Below are positions 36,861 to 49,854 of a DNA stretch of 55,395 nt, one piece after another; the first letter of the stretch is position 1, and every line of letters starts with the position of its first letter. The notes beneath the pieces are model-generated. The model was given only the letters and a program-made list of their open reading frames with translations. It was not told where the DNA came from and did no database searches. Position numbers and translations under genes: made by a program. The DNA lies in the NCBI RefSeq assembly GCF_001194135.2, contig NC_068996.1:9443364-9498758 (forward strand). Reading direction: 5' to 3'. This stretch comes from Octopus bimaculoides. Its lineage: Eukaryota.

Positions 36861-36891
<31 letters not shown>

Positions 36892-37469
36892 CGCACGCGT
36901 GTGTGTATTTGTGTTTATCTGTGTTTGGATATCACATGATGGTTGTAAAAGAGCATTGTTTATTTCCAGTCTTCCATAAAAACATGTCCAGCTGTCAGCA
37001 AATATTACCTTGCTTGGAAACAGAGGAGGGTTGGTGACAGGAAGGGCATCTGGCTGCAGAAGATGTGCCTCAATAAATTCCATTTCACTGAAGCAAGTTT
37101 GGAAAATTAGACATTGAACCAATGATGATGATGATGATGATGATAAGAGGAAAGACAGTCATAAGGATTCTGTGATATTCATTCAAAGAAACCTGGTGAA
37201 CTACCAGACTTGTTTGCATTCTGGACAAAATACTTTGCAGCAGTTTTTTTTAGCTCCTTACAAGCTGAGTTCAGATTACACAAGCATGGGGGTCAATGCA
37301 ATCAGCTGCCTTCTCCCCTCAAAATTGCTGGCCTGGTGCTAAAATTAGAAAAAAATATTTGGTATCAAAATTGCCAGTCTCAGAGGACCTGCTAAGATCA
37401 TAGGCACTGCTTTCCTATCCAGACTCAGCAAGTAAAACAAAAGAAAAATAATGAAGTGGTCATGTGATT

Positions 37470-37915
37470 AAGAATAGTTTCTATGGTTTCATGTTTAAGG
37501 AGTTCAATTTACAACCATGTGATTTGGGGTTCAGTCCCACTGCATGGTACCTTAGGCAAGTGTCTTCTACTATAGCCTCAGATCAACCAAAGCCTTGTGA
37601 GTGGATTTGGTAGATGGAAACTTAAAGAAGCCCATCGTATATATCTATGTGTGTGTGTGTGTGTGTGTGTGCTTATATAGAAATATATATGTGTGTGTCT
37701 TTGTGTTTGTGCTTGTCCCCCACCACCACTTGACAACTGGTGTTGGTGTGTTTACATCCCCATAACTTAACGGTTCAACAAAACAGACGGACAGAATAAG
37801 ACCAGGCTTAAAAAAATAAGTCGTGAAGTCAATTTGTTCAAACTAAAACTCTTTGAGGCGGTGCCCCAGCATGGCCGCAGTCAAGTGACTGAAACAAGTA
37901 AACAAATATAAAAGA
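37470..37915 (+). mobile_element. SINE family A copy
   Basis: ggggttcagtcccactgc…ggcaagtgtcttctactatagcc…gcagtcaagtgactgaaacaag. Confidence 0.85.
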
Positions 37916-38306
37916 TAATAATTCCTTCGAAACAGGTCATGAGTCCCATATTTTTTTTTGTTAAGTATCCATCATCTACAGCAAGAAAGTTACTGAATAA
38001 GGATAAGTACTAACGACCAATTAGTGATAAATTAATACATTTTGTTCAAAGGAAGCGACATTCCTATCTCATAATAGTAAAGATCTATTATAATTATAAA
38101 AAGGTCTTGTGATATTATTTCCTATTCTTGGATGATAGAAGGCTTAGAAATGGCAGAAGTAGCATCGAATATAGAAAAATTGATTGTAAAGACTACGAAT
38201 AAATCAAAACCAATGTTAAGCTGTTTTTGGAGAAATAGCAGGAATTACGGAGATCAATAAAAGAGCATTTGTTACTGATGGCACTTCCTTTCTGCCTTTC
38301 CCTCAT

Positions 38307-38392
<86 letters not shown>

Positions 38393-38509
38393 TTAGCCAT
38401 CTGGTTCACCAGGCCTCAGTCAAATCGTCCAACCCATGCTAGCATGGAAAGCGGACGTTAAACGATGATGATGATGATGATGATGATATATATATATATA
38501 TATATATCT

Positions 38510-39134
38510 CTTTGTTTACTTGTTTCAGTCACTTGACTGCAGCCATGCTGGGGCACCACCTCGAAGAGTTTTAGTTGAATAAATTGACTTCATTTTTTAA
38601 ATTGACTTCAAATTGACTTCAAATTTTTTAAAGCCTGGTACTTATTCTATCAGCTAAGTTATGGGGATGTAAACACACCAACACTCGTTGGTGAGTGGTG
38701 GTGGTGGTGGGGGGGATAAACACAAACACACTCTAACTTTTCATCATCCGGCACAAGATCACCTCCTCCAATTCCCCCTCCCCTCTCAAAGATGCCTTTT
38801 CTTGCAAACTTATTTGGTGACCCAGCCAGTGTAGGTGCCGCTTATAAAGCATCCAGTCCACACTGTAAAGTGGTTGGCATTTGGAAGGGCATCCAGCTGT
38901 AAAAGCCATGCCAAAACTGACCTCACCTGTGCTAGTGCCATGTAAAAGGCACTCAGGCCACTCTGTGGAGTGGTTGGTGTTAGGAAGGGCATCCACCCAT
39001 AAAAACCCTGCCAAAACAGACACAGAAGTATGGTGCAGGCTTCTGCCTGGCCAGCTCCTGTCAAACCATCCCACCCATGTCAGCATGGAAGGAGAATGTG
39101 TTAAACGATGATGATGATGATGATGATGATGATG
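38510..39134. mobile_element. Adjacent SINE A tail (-, 38510-38730) and family B copy (+, 38735-39134)
   Basis: Diagnostic motifs of both families; (GAT)n tail at 39107-39134. Confidence 0.75.
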
Positions 39135-39188
39135 AGTGTGAATAAATAAGCATTACATTTGACAGTAATCTGAATGCTAAGGGGTTAA
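39135..39188. mobile_element. Solo end of a piggyBac-type MITE
   Basis: …gtaatctgaatgctaagggg|TTAA, the reverse complement of the end at 45577. Confidence 0.55.
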
Positions 39189-39959
39189 TGTTTATAGGAA
39201 GAATTCAGTTTTAAAAAGAATATTGTTTTAAAGAAACCTTTTTTTTTTATATAAACAAAAATGTGTATTTACAGATCTATTCAACCTAACAGTAAGATAA
39301 AAGATACAGGGATACAATTAAACACACCCTGAGAAGAATAAACACTGATTTGAAAATACTCAAAGCCAATGAATGTCTGTGTAATCACTTCATCTGTCCA
39401 TTGTTGTGCCATATCTCTCTTATTATATTATATTATATTATTATAGATACAAACTCGTTAGCAGTCCAATTATGTTTAAGGCATATTTGAACCAGTAAGA
39501 AAGCCATTCACTGTATTTTGTCACAGAAAATTTCTCACTGTAGACAAAAACTGAGTTGGTTCACAGCACTTCCTAATCAGACTGTTAGATGCATGCATTT
39601 CAGAGTGGTTATCTCCTCTTCAGCAGCAGAGACCAGAAAGGTAGCCATTACAAACTGAAATGAGAAACAGATCCCTCTTATGATATTCCTGTCAACATTC
39701 AATGACTGGTTGTGTTATTCAGCAGCTTGCCATAAGTAAAATAAAATAAAATATATTATTCTAATATATATAGTATTTAATATATTATTATAATTTTTTC
39801 ATTTAGACCTGTAGCAGACTTGGAGTAGAATGGTTGTGTCATTGAGGAGATCACAAGTGGCAATGAAAGGGCTTTGACAAGCTTAGCTTGATTTATTGGG
39901 TGACCGTACAATTAATCAAACAATTGATTACTTAATTGGTTAAATGGTTAACTAAATGA

Positions 39960-40630
39960 CTAATAATAATCATTTCTCCCATAGTCATAAGTCCTGAAAT
40001 TTTGAGGAGGAGGCTGGTCAATTGCATCAACCCCAGTGCTCAACTAGTATTCAATTTATCAACCTGAAAGGATGAACAGCAAAATCAACCTCGGCAGCAT
40101 AAAGCTGGAAGAAATACTGCAAAGTAATTTGTCCATCATGACAATGATTCTGCCATTTCACTACCTTAATAGAAATAATGATAATTATTTCAAGGCGGCG
40201 AGCTGGCAGAAACGTTAGCACGCTGGGCGAAATGCTTAGTGGTATTTCGTCTGCCATTACATTCTGAGTTCAAATTCCGCCAAGGTCAACTTTTCCTTTC
40301 ATCCTTTCAAGGTCGATAAATTAAGTACCAGTTACGCACTGGGGTCGATGTAATCGACTTAATCCCTTTGTCTGTCCTTGTTTGTCCCCTCTGTGTTTAG
40401 CCCCTTGTGGGCAATAGAGAAATAAGAAATAATGATAATTCCTTCTGCTACAAGCACAAGGCCTGAAATTTTGAGAAAGGGTGCTTGTCAATTGTATTGA
40501 CCCCCATTGCACAGCTGGTACTTATTCTATCAACTCTGAAAAGATGAAAAGCAAAGTTGACCTCAGCAGAATTTGAACACTAAATGTAAAGCATGAAGAA
40601 AAGCTGTTAAGTATTTTGTCCAGTGTGCTA
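39960..40630. mobile_element. Three adjacent family C SINEs in alternating orientation (-,+,-)
   Basis: Copies at 39960-40170 (-), 40191-40432 (+) and 40433-40630 (-). Confidence 0.75.
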
Positions 40631-40789
40631 AGGATTCTCCAGTTCATTGCCTTAACCGTAATAAAAAATTATAAAAGAATTTTAAAAAAGTCAGTGCATG
40701 TGTTTATTATTGCCATAATGGCCCTCCCAAAATACAACAAAAAAAACATTTATTATAGGTTATCTTCTGATATCTGCAATGACTATCCC

Positions 40790-40969
40790 CACTACTGTCT
40801 TAATGCATGGGCACACTGAGTAATTGTCTGGGGCAGGGAAGAGGGTGCTGGGTATAGGGGCTCAGTGCTAATTCATGTATACTATGGCTTACTATCAATA
40901 AATAAATATTGTAGACCCTAGTGTATAGCTTTGCCTGGAGATGCCTATACTTCTGTTATGAAAGCCCTG
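40790..40969. mobile_element. Small degenerate hAT-type MITE
   Basis: Ends CACTACTGTCTTAAT and GTTATGAAAGCCCTG; flanks ACTATCCC and ACTATCTA (6 of 8 match). Confidence 0.45.
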
Positions 40970-41352
40970 ACTATCTATATAATGCTGGAACTCAATTTAT
41001 CTATAGGTTTTTATCCTGGGTTGCTGGGATCCAGCTGTGTGTATCAGTGTTTATTCTTCTCGGGGAATGTTCAACCATTCCTTGCATCTTAGTTGTAGGG
41101 TGAGGAAGGAGTCTACCTTTTCTCTGCTGTTAACCAACTGCGAATATAATATTCATCTTGGTGACCAAATTTTTTTCATTTTACAAGACATTTGAGCATG
41201 TCCAATCCTGTCAAGGATTCACTGTGTCATTATTACCTCTTCATATCTGTTCCTTGTTGAGGAGGCCCTTAGCTTTGATTAAGATGATGGTAGTTACTCA
41301 GGTTTCTCCTCATCCTGAGCGGACAAATCTTTTGCCTTTTACTAAAGAAAAA

Positions 41353-41585
41353 AAGGCAGCGAGCTGGCAGAAACATTAGCACGCCAGAAATGCTTAGCGG
41401 CATTTCGTCTGCTGTTACGTTCTGAGTTCAAATTCCGCCAAGGTCGATTTTGCCTTTCATCCTTTCGGGATTGATAAATTAAGTACCAGTTGCGCACTGG
41501 GGTCAATGTAATCAACATAATCCCTTTGTCTGTCCTTGTTTGTCCTCTCTATGTTTAGCCCCTTGTGGGTTATACAGAAATAAGA
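41353..41585 (+). mobile_element. SINE family C, tail type 2
   Basis: Near-identical to 40191-40432. Confidence 0.85.
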
Positions 41586-41894
41586 TGATGGTAGTTTTGA
41601 CCTTGTCTTTCTAGGTGATGTTCATGATCTTTCTGAAATGAATAGACATGAATGCATTTCAGTTTAAAACAGAAAGGAAGTGTGAAGGGCTGAAGGATGT
41701 CGTCTGAGGAAGATTCGGCTGCCATTTTTAGCATTTCTTTTGAAATCTCTTATAATATAGGGACTGAACTAATTCAGTAAGACAACTTCTATATAATTGT
41801 TGAAGCAATTCCAATATCACTTTCATGCCAAGTTAAAAAAAAATTAAAGACTTGAAATTATTAAGTAACATACCCCAATAACACAAATGATGAT

Positions 41895-42400
41895 AATGAT
41901 TTCAAATTTTGGCACAAGTCCAGCAGTTTCGGGGCAGGGAGTGAGTCAATTGCATTGACCCCAGAACTCAACTGGTACTTATTTTATCGACCCCTTAAGG
42001 ATGAAAGACAAAGTCAACCTCGGTGGAATTTGAACTCAGAACATGAAGACAAGCGAAATATTGCTAAGCATTTTGCTTCGCATGCTAACGATTTTGCCAG
42101 CTCACCATCCCAACAACAATGGTAATAATGACTTATGACATATGGTAATGATGACTTATGACTTATGACAATAGTAATAATGACTTATGGCATATGCAAA
42201 AGGCCAGTAATCTTTAAGAGGTAAGGGTTAGTCAATTAAATCAACCTATGTACTTAAGTGGTACCTTATTTCATTAACCCTAGAGGAAGGTATAAATGCA
42301 AGGTTAACTTTGGTAGTGTTTGAACTCAGAATATAAAAAGTCAAAACAAACACCAGAAGACATTTTTTTTTTTCAGATGCTCTAATGATTCTGCCAAGTT
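41895..42400 (-). mobile_element. Two diverged family C SINEs
   Basis: gaatttgaactcagaa and tttgaactcagaat (reverse B-box region), caactggtactt. Confidence 0.65.
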
Positions 42401-42707
42401 AGTCAAGGCTAGATATGAGGATAAATGTACTTTACTGAATCCGCTAATCACTACCAAGTTATAGATCTGCTCATCAAAGGTTGATAGGGACTTATCAAGA
42501 CCCCAGCATTGAAATTTGTTCTGGCACTTCCAGTTAGCCAACTAACCCTAACCCTAACTGAAATCCACAGATCAAGAAAGCCAAAGCCACACAATAATGT
42601 GTGTTTCAATAGACAGACGACCAATGGAAGCAATTTCTTTATTTTTCATCTATTTTCTTTTTCTAGGTATAGTTAGCAGTTGATTTGTCTGTAAGAGAGA
42701 AGATACA

Positions 42708-43038
42708 TAACTCAGTGATTAGAGCACTGGGCTCACAATCAGGAGGTAGTGAGTTCAATTTCTGGACTGGGCAGTATATAGTGTTCTTGAGCAAGACACT
42801 TTATTTCACGTTGCTCCAATTCACTCAGCTGTAGAAATAAGTTGTGACGTCACAGGTGTCAAGCTGTATCAGTCCCTTTGCCTTTCCCTTGGATAACACT
42901 GGTGGCATGGAGAGGGGAGGCCGGTATGCATGGGCGACTGCTGGTCTTCCATAAACAACCTTGCCCAGACTTGTGCCTCAGAAGGGAACTTTCTAGGTGC
43001 AATGCCATAGTTATTCATAACCAAAAGGGGTCTTTACC
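42708..43038 (+). mobile_element. tRNA-derived SINE family E (single copy)
   Basis: A-box-like TAACTCAGTGATTAG, B-box-like GAGTTCAATTTC, then gtgttcttgagcaagacacttt (CORE-like motif). Confidence 0.6.
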
Positions 43039-43339
43039 ATGTCTGCCCTTTCAGAGACTATGTTTTCACTCTTGTTGGGTGCCTTCACACTGTCCCCATC
43101 TAGTAAAATGACACTTGTAGAATAATATACAAAACCAAAATAAAACAATGACTAGTCAATGATGATCATCAATAATTGTTGTGTCTTCAAGCATCCTCAT
43201 CAGTGCCAAACTCCTTCACTGCTTTGTCAATATAATGCAGCTCCTGGACAACATTCTCCCAACTGTTTCAATTTAGTCCTTCATCAGTTTATTTAACAGT
43301 AATTATACTGGTTTTTTTAATCTAATCACAAATCTTTTT

Positions 43340-43722
43340 AAGTAGCTTGCTTACCAACCACATGGTTCCGGGTTCAGTCCCACTGTGTGGCACCTTGGGC
43401 AAGTGTCTTCTACTATAGCCTCGGGCCGACCAAAGCCTTGTGAGTGGATTTGGTAGACGGAAACTGAAAGAAGCCTGTTGTATATATGTATATATATATA
43501 TGTGTGTGTGTGTTTGTGTGTCTGTGTTTGTTCCTCCCCCCAACATCGCTTGACAACCAATGCTGGTGTGTTTACGTCCCCGTAACGTAGCGGTTCGGCA
43601 AAAGAGACCAATAGAATAAGTACTAGGCTTACAAGGAATAAGTCCCGGGGTCGATTTGCTCGACTAAAGGTGGTGCTCCAGTATGGCCGCAGTCAAATGA
43701 CTGAAACAAGTAAAAGAGTAAA
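43340..43722 (+). mobile_element. SINE family A, young-looking copy lacking the first ~20 nt
   Basis: Very close to the family consensus seen in the other copies. Confidence 0.9.
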
Positions 43723-44769
43723 GGAGTAAAGAGAGATATTTTTTTTCTTAGGGAATGTTGTATAATCAACTGAACCAGCATCCAGTATATTACTGGTATT
43801 ATTTTTTTATAGACAGGAAGAGGAAATAAAGGTTGTGTAGGCCCGGTTATATTTTGGAATTCTGAGCAATGTGACAAACTAAAAATTGTAAGAACCAAGT
43901 CTCAATCCAAACGGTCATCAAGTGCATTATTAACAACATGACCACAATCAGAAATTTTATACTTAAGAATCACCTTATTGATCTTGTATGCCATAATGCT
44001 CTTATAAAACCTTACGGCATTTTGGTTCAGATCCAATTTCACCATTTTCTTATTCACAACAATCCTGTGTTTTTTAGTGATCATAATATCCTAAGATTTC
44101 AAATTCAAAACATGTTGCTTCAGGGAGATTCTTCTGCTATCATGTTAACTATTTTTAACAAATGAAGAGAGGGGCATTATACCATGCTCTTTCTTTTTTC
44201 TAATTAATGGACGACAGTATTCCATGGTTGATATCAATTGAGATGGTTTACGTCTCTCATTTGTAGAATAATTCCAGGAGCATGAAAAGAAAAATGCTGT
44301 TTTTACTGCAAGAGAATTAATTATAGATAAATGAAAACACAGAGTGCAGACATTACTGCCAGGGATGTGAAGCAAATAGAATGACTCCAAAGACATAATC
44401 TTTGGTGATATAGCATCATTGTCATCATTGCCATTATTGTCTTTGTCACTGCCACTGCCATTGTCATTGTTGTCATTGTTTAACTCTCACGTTTCTATAC
44501 TTGCATGGGTTAGACAGAATTTAAGTCAAATTTTCTGCAGCTGGATGCTCTTCATGTTGCCAACCCTCACTTGTTACTAGGTAATATTCGCCACGATCAG
44601 ACAGTGATGTTCATTTAAAACTATCACATGAAGTCAAAGCAAGGAGACAGCAACACACAGAAATGCACCCTTATATATACAAAAAAAAAACTGTCATACA
44701 TACATACATACATACATACCTTATATATACAAAAAAACCTGTCATATATACATACATACATACACACAA

Positions 44770-44938
44770 CAGATTTCTTTCAATTTCCATCTACAAAATC
44801 CACTCACAAGGCATTGGTTAACCCAGGGCTATATTAGAAGACACTTAAGACACTTGCTCAAGATTCCCTGCAATGGAACTGAACCCCAAGCCATGTGGTT
44901 AGGAAGCAAACTTCTTACCATACAGCCACATCTGTGCT
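44770..44938 (-). mobile_element. SINE family A, 5' portion
   Basis: aatccactcacaaggc…gaagacactt…ccatgtggttaggaagcaaacttcttacc. Confidence 0.75.
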
Positions 44939-45009
44939 GTCTCAATATATATATTTTTTTCTTTCTGTTAAGGAATTGTATCAGGGAAAAAAAGAACAGC
45001 CTACCTAGT

Positions 45010-45216
45010 TGATAGTATGTTGTCAACTTAATGTGACAGTCCCATGAAAGGGAAGAATGCTACTGTTACTAGGAAACATCTTTTCCTGTTGGACTTGACA
45101 CATTTCCTGTGTCCTTTGAGTCAAGTCCAACAGGAAATGGTGTTTTCTAGAGCTAAACAACAGTAGCATTCTTCCCTTTTATGGGACTGTCACATTAAGT
45201 TGACAACATATTATCA
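45010..45216. repeat. ~205-bp near-perfect hairpin
   Basis: Arms 45010-45099 and 45120-45216, e.g. TATGTTGTCAACTTAATGTGACAGTCCCAT and ATGGGACTGTCACATTAAGTTGACAACATA; 20-nt loop. Confidence 0.9.
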
Positions 45217-45576
45217 CTTTATTGTGCTGCTACTGCATAAATCTCTGAGAAATTTAGAAATGTATTAAACCTACCTAGTTGTTACAAAATAAGGACATTT
45301 GGCTGTGGCACCATTTCTTGTTAATATTCTCAAACAAATTACTTTTTTTTTATATGTTGGTGTGCATTCATTGAATTCCATAGACTAATGATGCCAGTAT
45401 TATAGGTACAAAGTACTGTGTTTCAATAGGTATACAACCTGTGGGTATCTGTTGCTATGAAGGTACATGTTAAACTGTTGGTTGCTCCATGAGAAGATCT
45501 TCTGTCAACTCACAAGGTTTTAATTTTAATTCTGCTGGGTGCTCACACACCCAGGAGGGTAATGTGAGCAATTTAA

Positions 45577-46303
45577 CCCTTTAGCATTCAGATTACTCTG
45601 TCACACGTAAATACATACATACATTCATATATATATATATATATATATATATCTTGATTGCTATGAAGCAGGAAAGTATACTAGTCCTTATATATTTAAT
45701 ACTCAATATTTCATATATTCAATAAGACATTCAATACTTCATTTCAGCTTACTAATTATATTATATATTCCATATTCTATATCCCACAATAATTTTATAA
45801 GAATATAAATAAAACATAAAAAGCAGACAGAGTTGGAATTCTTTTAAATAATATATTCCTCTATACACTATCATACAAATCCCTTTTTATTTATATATAT
45901 ATATATNNNNNNNNNNNNNNNNNNNNNNNNNNNNNNNNNNNNNNNNNNNNNNNNNNNNNNNNNNNNNNNNNNNNNNNNNNNNNNTATTTAAATATATATA
46001 GTTCTATATATTTCAATTTTCCTCCACCAAATCCACTCACAAGACTTTGGTTGGTCTAAGAATATAATAAAAGGTACTTTCCCAAGTGCTGTGTAATTGG
46101 ACTGAACACATGTAATACTTATTTATCTAAATTTTTTAAAAACTGATCACGTGTTATCTTGTAGCATAGAGATGTTGAAGATGTAATTGTTTATTTTTTA
46201 GAATCGTTTTTCAGGGTTGGTGTGAGTGGTTAGATCTGGTCAGTGTGGACATCAAAGATGTAGAATATTAGGGCCAAATATGGCTGGTTTAAATGCTAAA
46301 GGT
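45577..46303. mobile_element. piggyBac-type MITE interrupted by microsatellites, a gap and a SINE fragment
   Basis: TTAA|CCCTTTAGCATT … AATGCTAAAGGT|TTAA. Confidence 0.6.
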
Positions 46304-46653
46304 TTAAATAGAGAATTCAATTTGAAGAACCAATTTAGTTGTACTGTGTAACAAGTTAGTGATAACCTGTTTCATAATACCATCACCGGATGGAACATAC
46401 TGAATACATATTTTAGCATCAAGTTAAGATTTTTAGTTATCCTGCTTTCAACATAAGTAAGCGGTGTTACAATCAATAGCCCCCAGTTCTACAATGGTCT
46501 TGGGTTTGTTGGTGAATGTCTTGTGTGTAGAATTTGGCTGATAGAGACTATGCTGAATCCAGTTATGTATGTATGTATGTATGTATGTATGTATGCATGT
46601 ATGTATGAGTGTATGTATGTATGTGTGTATGTATGTATATGTGTATGTGTATG

Positions 46654-46686
<33 letters not shown>

Positions 46687-46697
46687 TTACATGTACA

Positions 46698-47240
46698 TTT
46701 CGAGCGAGACCGTTACCAGTGCCCCTGGACTGGCTCATGTGCGGGCGAGACATGAAATTTTTCGAGCGAGACCGTTGCCAGTGCCCCTAGACTGGCTCTT
46801 GTGCGGGGCTGTCGTAGGATTCTTGAGCGAGATCGTTGCTGGTGCCCCCAGACTGGCTCATGTGTGGGCGACACATGAAATGCACCATTTTGGGCGTGGC
46901 CGTTGCCAGTGCTGCCTGGCTGGCCTTCATGGGATTTTCGATCAAGATCGTTGCCAGTGCCCCTGGACTGGCTCTTGTGCGGGTGACACATGAAATGCAC
47001 TATTTTTAGCGTGACCGTTGTCAGGGCCGCCTGGCTGGCCTTTGTGCGGGTGACACGTAAAAGCACCCACTACACTCTCTGAGTGGTTGGCGTTAGGAAG
47101 GGCATCCAGCTGTAGAAACTCTGCCAAATCAGATTAGAGCCTGGTGGAGCCATCTGGTTTCACCAGTACTCAGTTAAATCGTCCAACCCATGCTAGCATG
47201 GAAAGCGGACATTAAACGAAGATGATGATGATGATGATGT
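46698..47240 (+). mobile_element. SINE-like family B preceded by a GC-rich six-unit minisatellite
   Basis: Six variants of CGTTGCCAGTGCCCCTGGACTGGC between 46711 and about 47040, then the family B body and (GAT)n. Confidence 0.85.
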
Positions 47241-48025
47241 ATACATATATATACATATATATTATGTGTATACACACATATATATGTATATGTATATTTA
47301 TGCATATATATATATATATATGTATATATAGATGTATACACATACATACAGACATACACATGCACATGCACACATAAATATATACATGCATCCACATCTA
47401 AATATGTGTATGCTGTTATAAGAATACGCTGTGGTATTCTTGACCGACTGAGTTAGCTGTCTTTCTTTCAACATCTATTTTGCATTTTTGTATCTTACAA
47501 GAGTGGGGGGGGGGATAAGCACCAGATAACATAGTGGAATTGATTAAAACTGACTAAAATGAAACCCATGAAGGCGGTGCTCCAACATGGCCACAGTTCA
47601 ATAAATAACACATATAATTAACACACACATACACACATTCTTTCATAAGACACACACACACACACAGGTCTTCTCACAGAATTATGTTTAAAATCCTTTA
47701 TGTCTATCTTTCTTACTAACCCCCCTTTTTCCCCCAACATTTTCTTCTCTTCGTTCCCCACCGTCCAACTTCAAACATGGCAGCTGTTTCGTTTCATCTC
47801 ATTTCTAGACTGAAATTCAATCTGAAAATGTCCCAATAACCCTTTCATGTCTCAGCAGGTCACTCTCTGCCAAGCACTTCAGCTACATGCAGTCTGCTAG
47901 GCAGAATTTATTCCTCTTTAGCACTTATTGCACACTCATTCCAGCAGCAGATAAAATGCTTTTGTGATATTCCTTCCAGCACTTTATATTCTGTGTTCAA
48001 ATCCAACCAAGACCAACTGTTCCTT

Positions 48026-48029
<4 letters not shown>

Positions 48030-48067
<38 letters not shown>

Positions 48068-48137
48068 ACCTCATTCGCTTTGTCTCTCATTCTCTCTCAT
48101 TCATTCTCTTTCTCTCTCTCTCATTCATTCTCTCTCA

Positions 48138-48176
<39 letters not shown>

Positions 48177-48395
48177 TCTCTCATTCTCTTTCTCTCATTC
48201 TCTTTCTCTCATTCTCCCTCTCTCATTCTTTCTCTCTCTCGTTCTCTCTCTCTTTCACCCTCTCTCTCATTCTCTCTCTCTCTCATTGTTTTCTCTCTCT
48301 TTCCTCTCTCTCTCATTCTCTCTCTCTCTCATTGTTTTCTCTCTCTTTCCTCTCTCTCTCTCATTCTCCCCCCCCCTCTCTCTCTCTCTCTCTCT
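48030..48395. repeat. Complex (CT)n/CATT polypyrimidine tract
   Basis: Directly visible. Confidence 0.9.
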
Positions 48396-48814
48396 GAAAT
48401 CAATAAAATAAAGTACCAATTTAATATTAGGCTTAAGATAATAAACTGTACTTACTTCTTCCTCACTCTCACCCCACTACTACCACACACAAATTTCTTA
48501 TCATGTTCTTCATTAAAAAACTATTTTATTATAGAATAAATACTTCAAGAGTTTTGGGCTACCAACTGGTCCAACTGGTTCCTTAGCAGTAGCACCATTC
48601 TACTGAGTGTGATGTGTGTTTTTGTATGTAAATTTCTTCTATTGTTATCTGTTCAAATGGGGGCACAGGATCTAGTACAAGGGCTGAGGAACTTTTTTAA
48701 CCAATTACTCCGAAATATATTTATTTATGCTGATGTTACCCACTTGGTTTGAATGGAAGAAAATCACAAATAACAGGGAACACGTTTTTTTATATAATTT
48801 TACTTATGTTTAAT

Positions 48815-49201
48815 GAGTCATCGAAAATGATAATGCAAAGATCTTAGGGGATTTTTATGATTCAGTGCGACCATGAGATAGAGAATAGGAAATCAGACAT
48901 AGTGTTAATTGGGAAAGAAAGCGAACGATGCTGGATCATAGATATAGCATGCCCAGCTGACAACAAGTTATGCGATAAGGAAGAAAGAAAAGTCAAGAGA
49001 TATGACAGGTTAGCTTGGGAGATTAAGCAGTCACTGACAAAGGTGGTAGTAGTACCAACAATTTTCGGAGCCCTGGGGACAGTGAGTAAAAATCTCAAGA
49101 AGTACATGGAACAAATAGGGGTTATAATAAGAGTGGAGCGCTTGCAGCAAACAGCACTGCTTGGAACCACTCAAATACTCTGGATGGTACTCAAAAAATA
49201 G
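48815..49201 (+). mobile_element. 5'-truncated R4/Dong-clade LINE fragment (restriction-like endonuclease domain)
   Basis: IENDNAKILGDF (frameshift) MIQCDHEIENRKSDIVLIGKESERCWIIDIACPAD…KVKRYDRLAWEIK…VVPTIFGALG…LQQTALLGTTQIL; matches the RLE pattern RxPDIV…IIDIAxP…EKxxKY…GALG. Confidence 0.85.
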
Positions 49202-49672
49202 GTACTAGGTGTATATACATATTTCAGGAATTCTTGTTCTTTCATCAGCACCCATCCAACCCATTAACCATCCACAAACTCAGTGTTTAAATTGCCACTA
49301 AATATAGCAGTGTAACATTACTGGACATACCAATTTTACATACAAAGCACATTCCTGACAGTTGGTACATACATATAACTTGTAGGGACACTGTATCTTG
49401 TTATGCAACCATAATATATTACAAACCAAATATGGTGTCCCTACAAGTAATTAATAGGAAGCGTTACATTCCTGGATATCTTGCCATAACATGGAATTCT
49501 GCCACACAAACCTACTTCCCCATTAATTTCCATGTTACATATTAAAAAGTGTCTGAAGTTTTCTTAAAGGAAACAATTATTGATGATATCTAAGTTGTGG
49601 ATTACTATCTTCATTTTTCTTTCTTTCTTAATTCCCTTTTTCTTGTCAATTAATATCAATAAATTAATGTCA

Positions 49673-49854
49673 GGTGCAGGAGTGGCTGTGTGGTAAGTAG
49701 CTTGCTTACCAACCACATGGTTCCGGGTTCAGTCCCACTGTGTGGCACCTTGGGCAAGTGTCTTCTACTATAGCCTCGGGCCGACCGAAGCCTTGTGAGT
49801 GGATTTGGTAGACGGAAACTGAAAGAAGCCCATCGTATATATGTATATATATAT
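49673..49854 (+). mobile_element. SINE family A, 5' half running into a gap
   Basis: ggtgcaggagtggctgtgtggtaagtagc…gaaagaagcccatcgtata. Confidence 0.85.

Noticed and set aside
33330-37940. ~110-bp similarity between 33330-33450 and 37375-37465/37917-37940
   Set aside because: Short and diverged; most likely fragments of an unclassified old repeat, with no further structure seen
43180-43207. CTGATGA-GGATGCTT-GAAGAC second core-like word
   Set aside because: GAAG instead of GAAA, and no stems I or III
46698-47060. CRISPR-like appearance of palindromic repeated units
   Set aside because: Eukaryotic context, degenerate units, homologous spacers, no cas genes; it is a minisatellite
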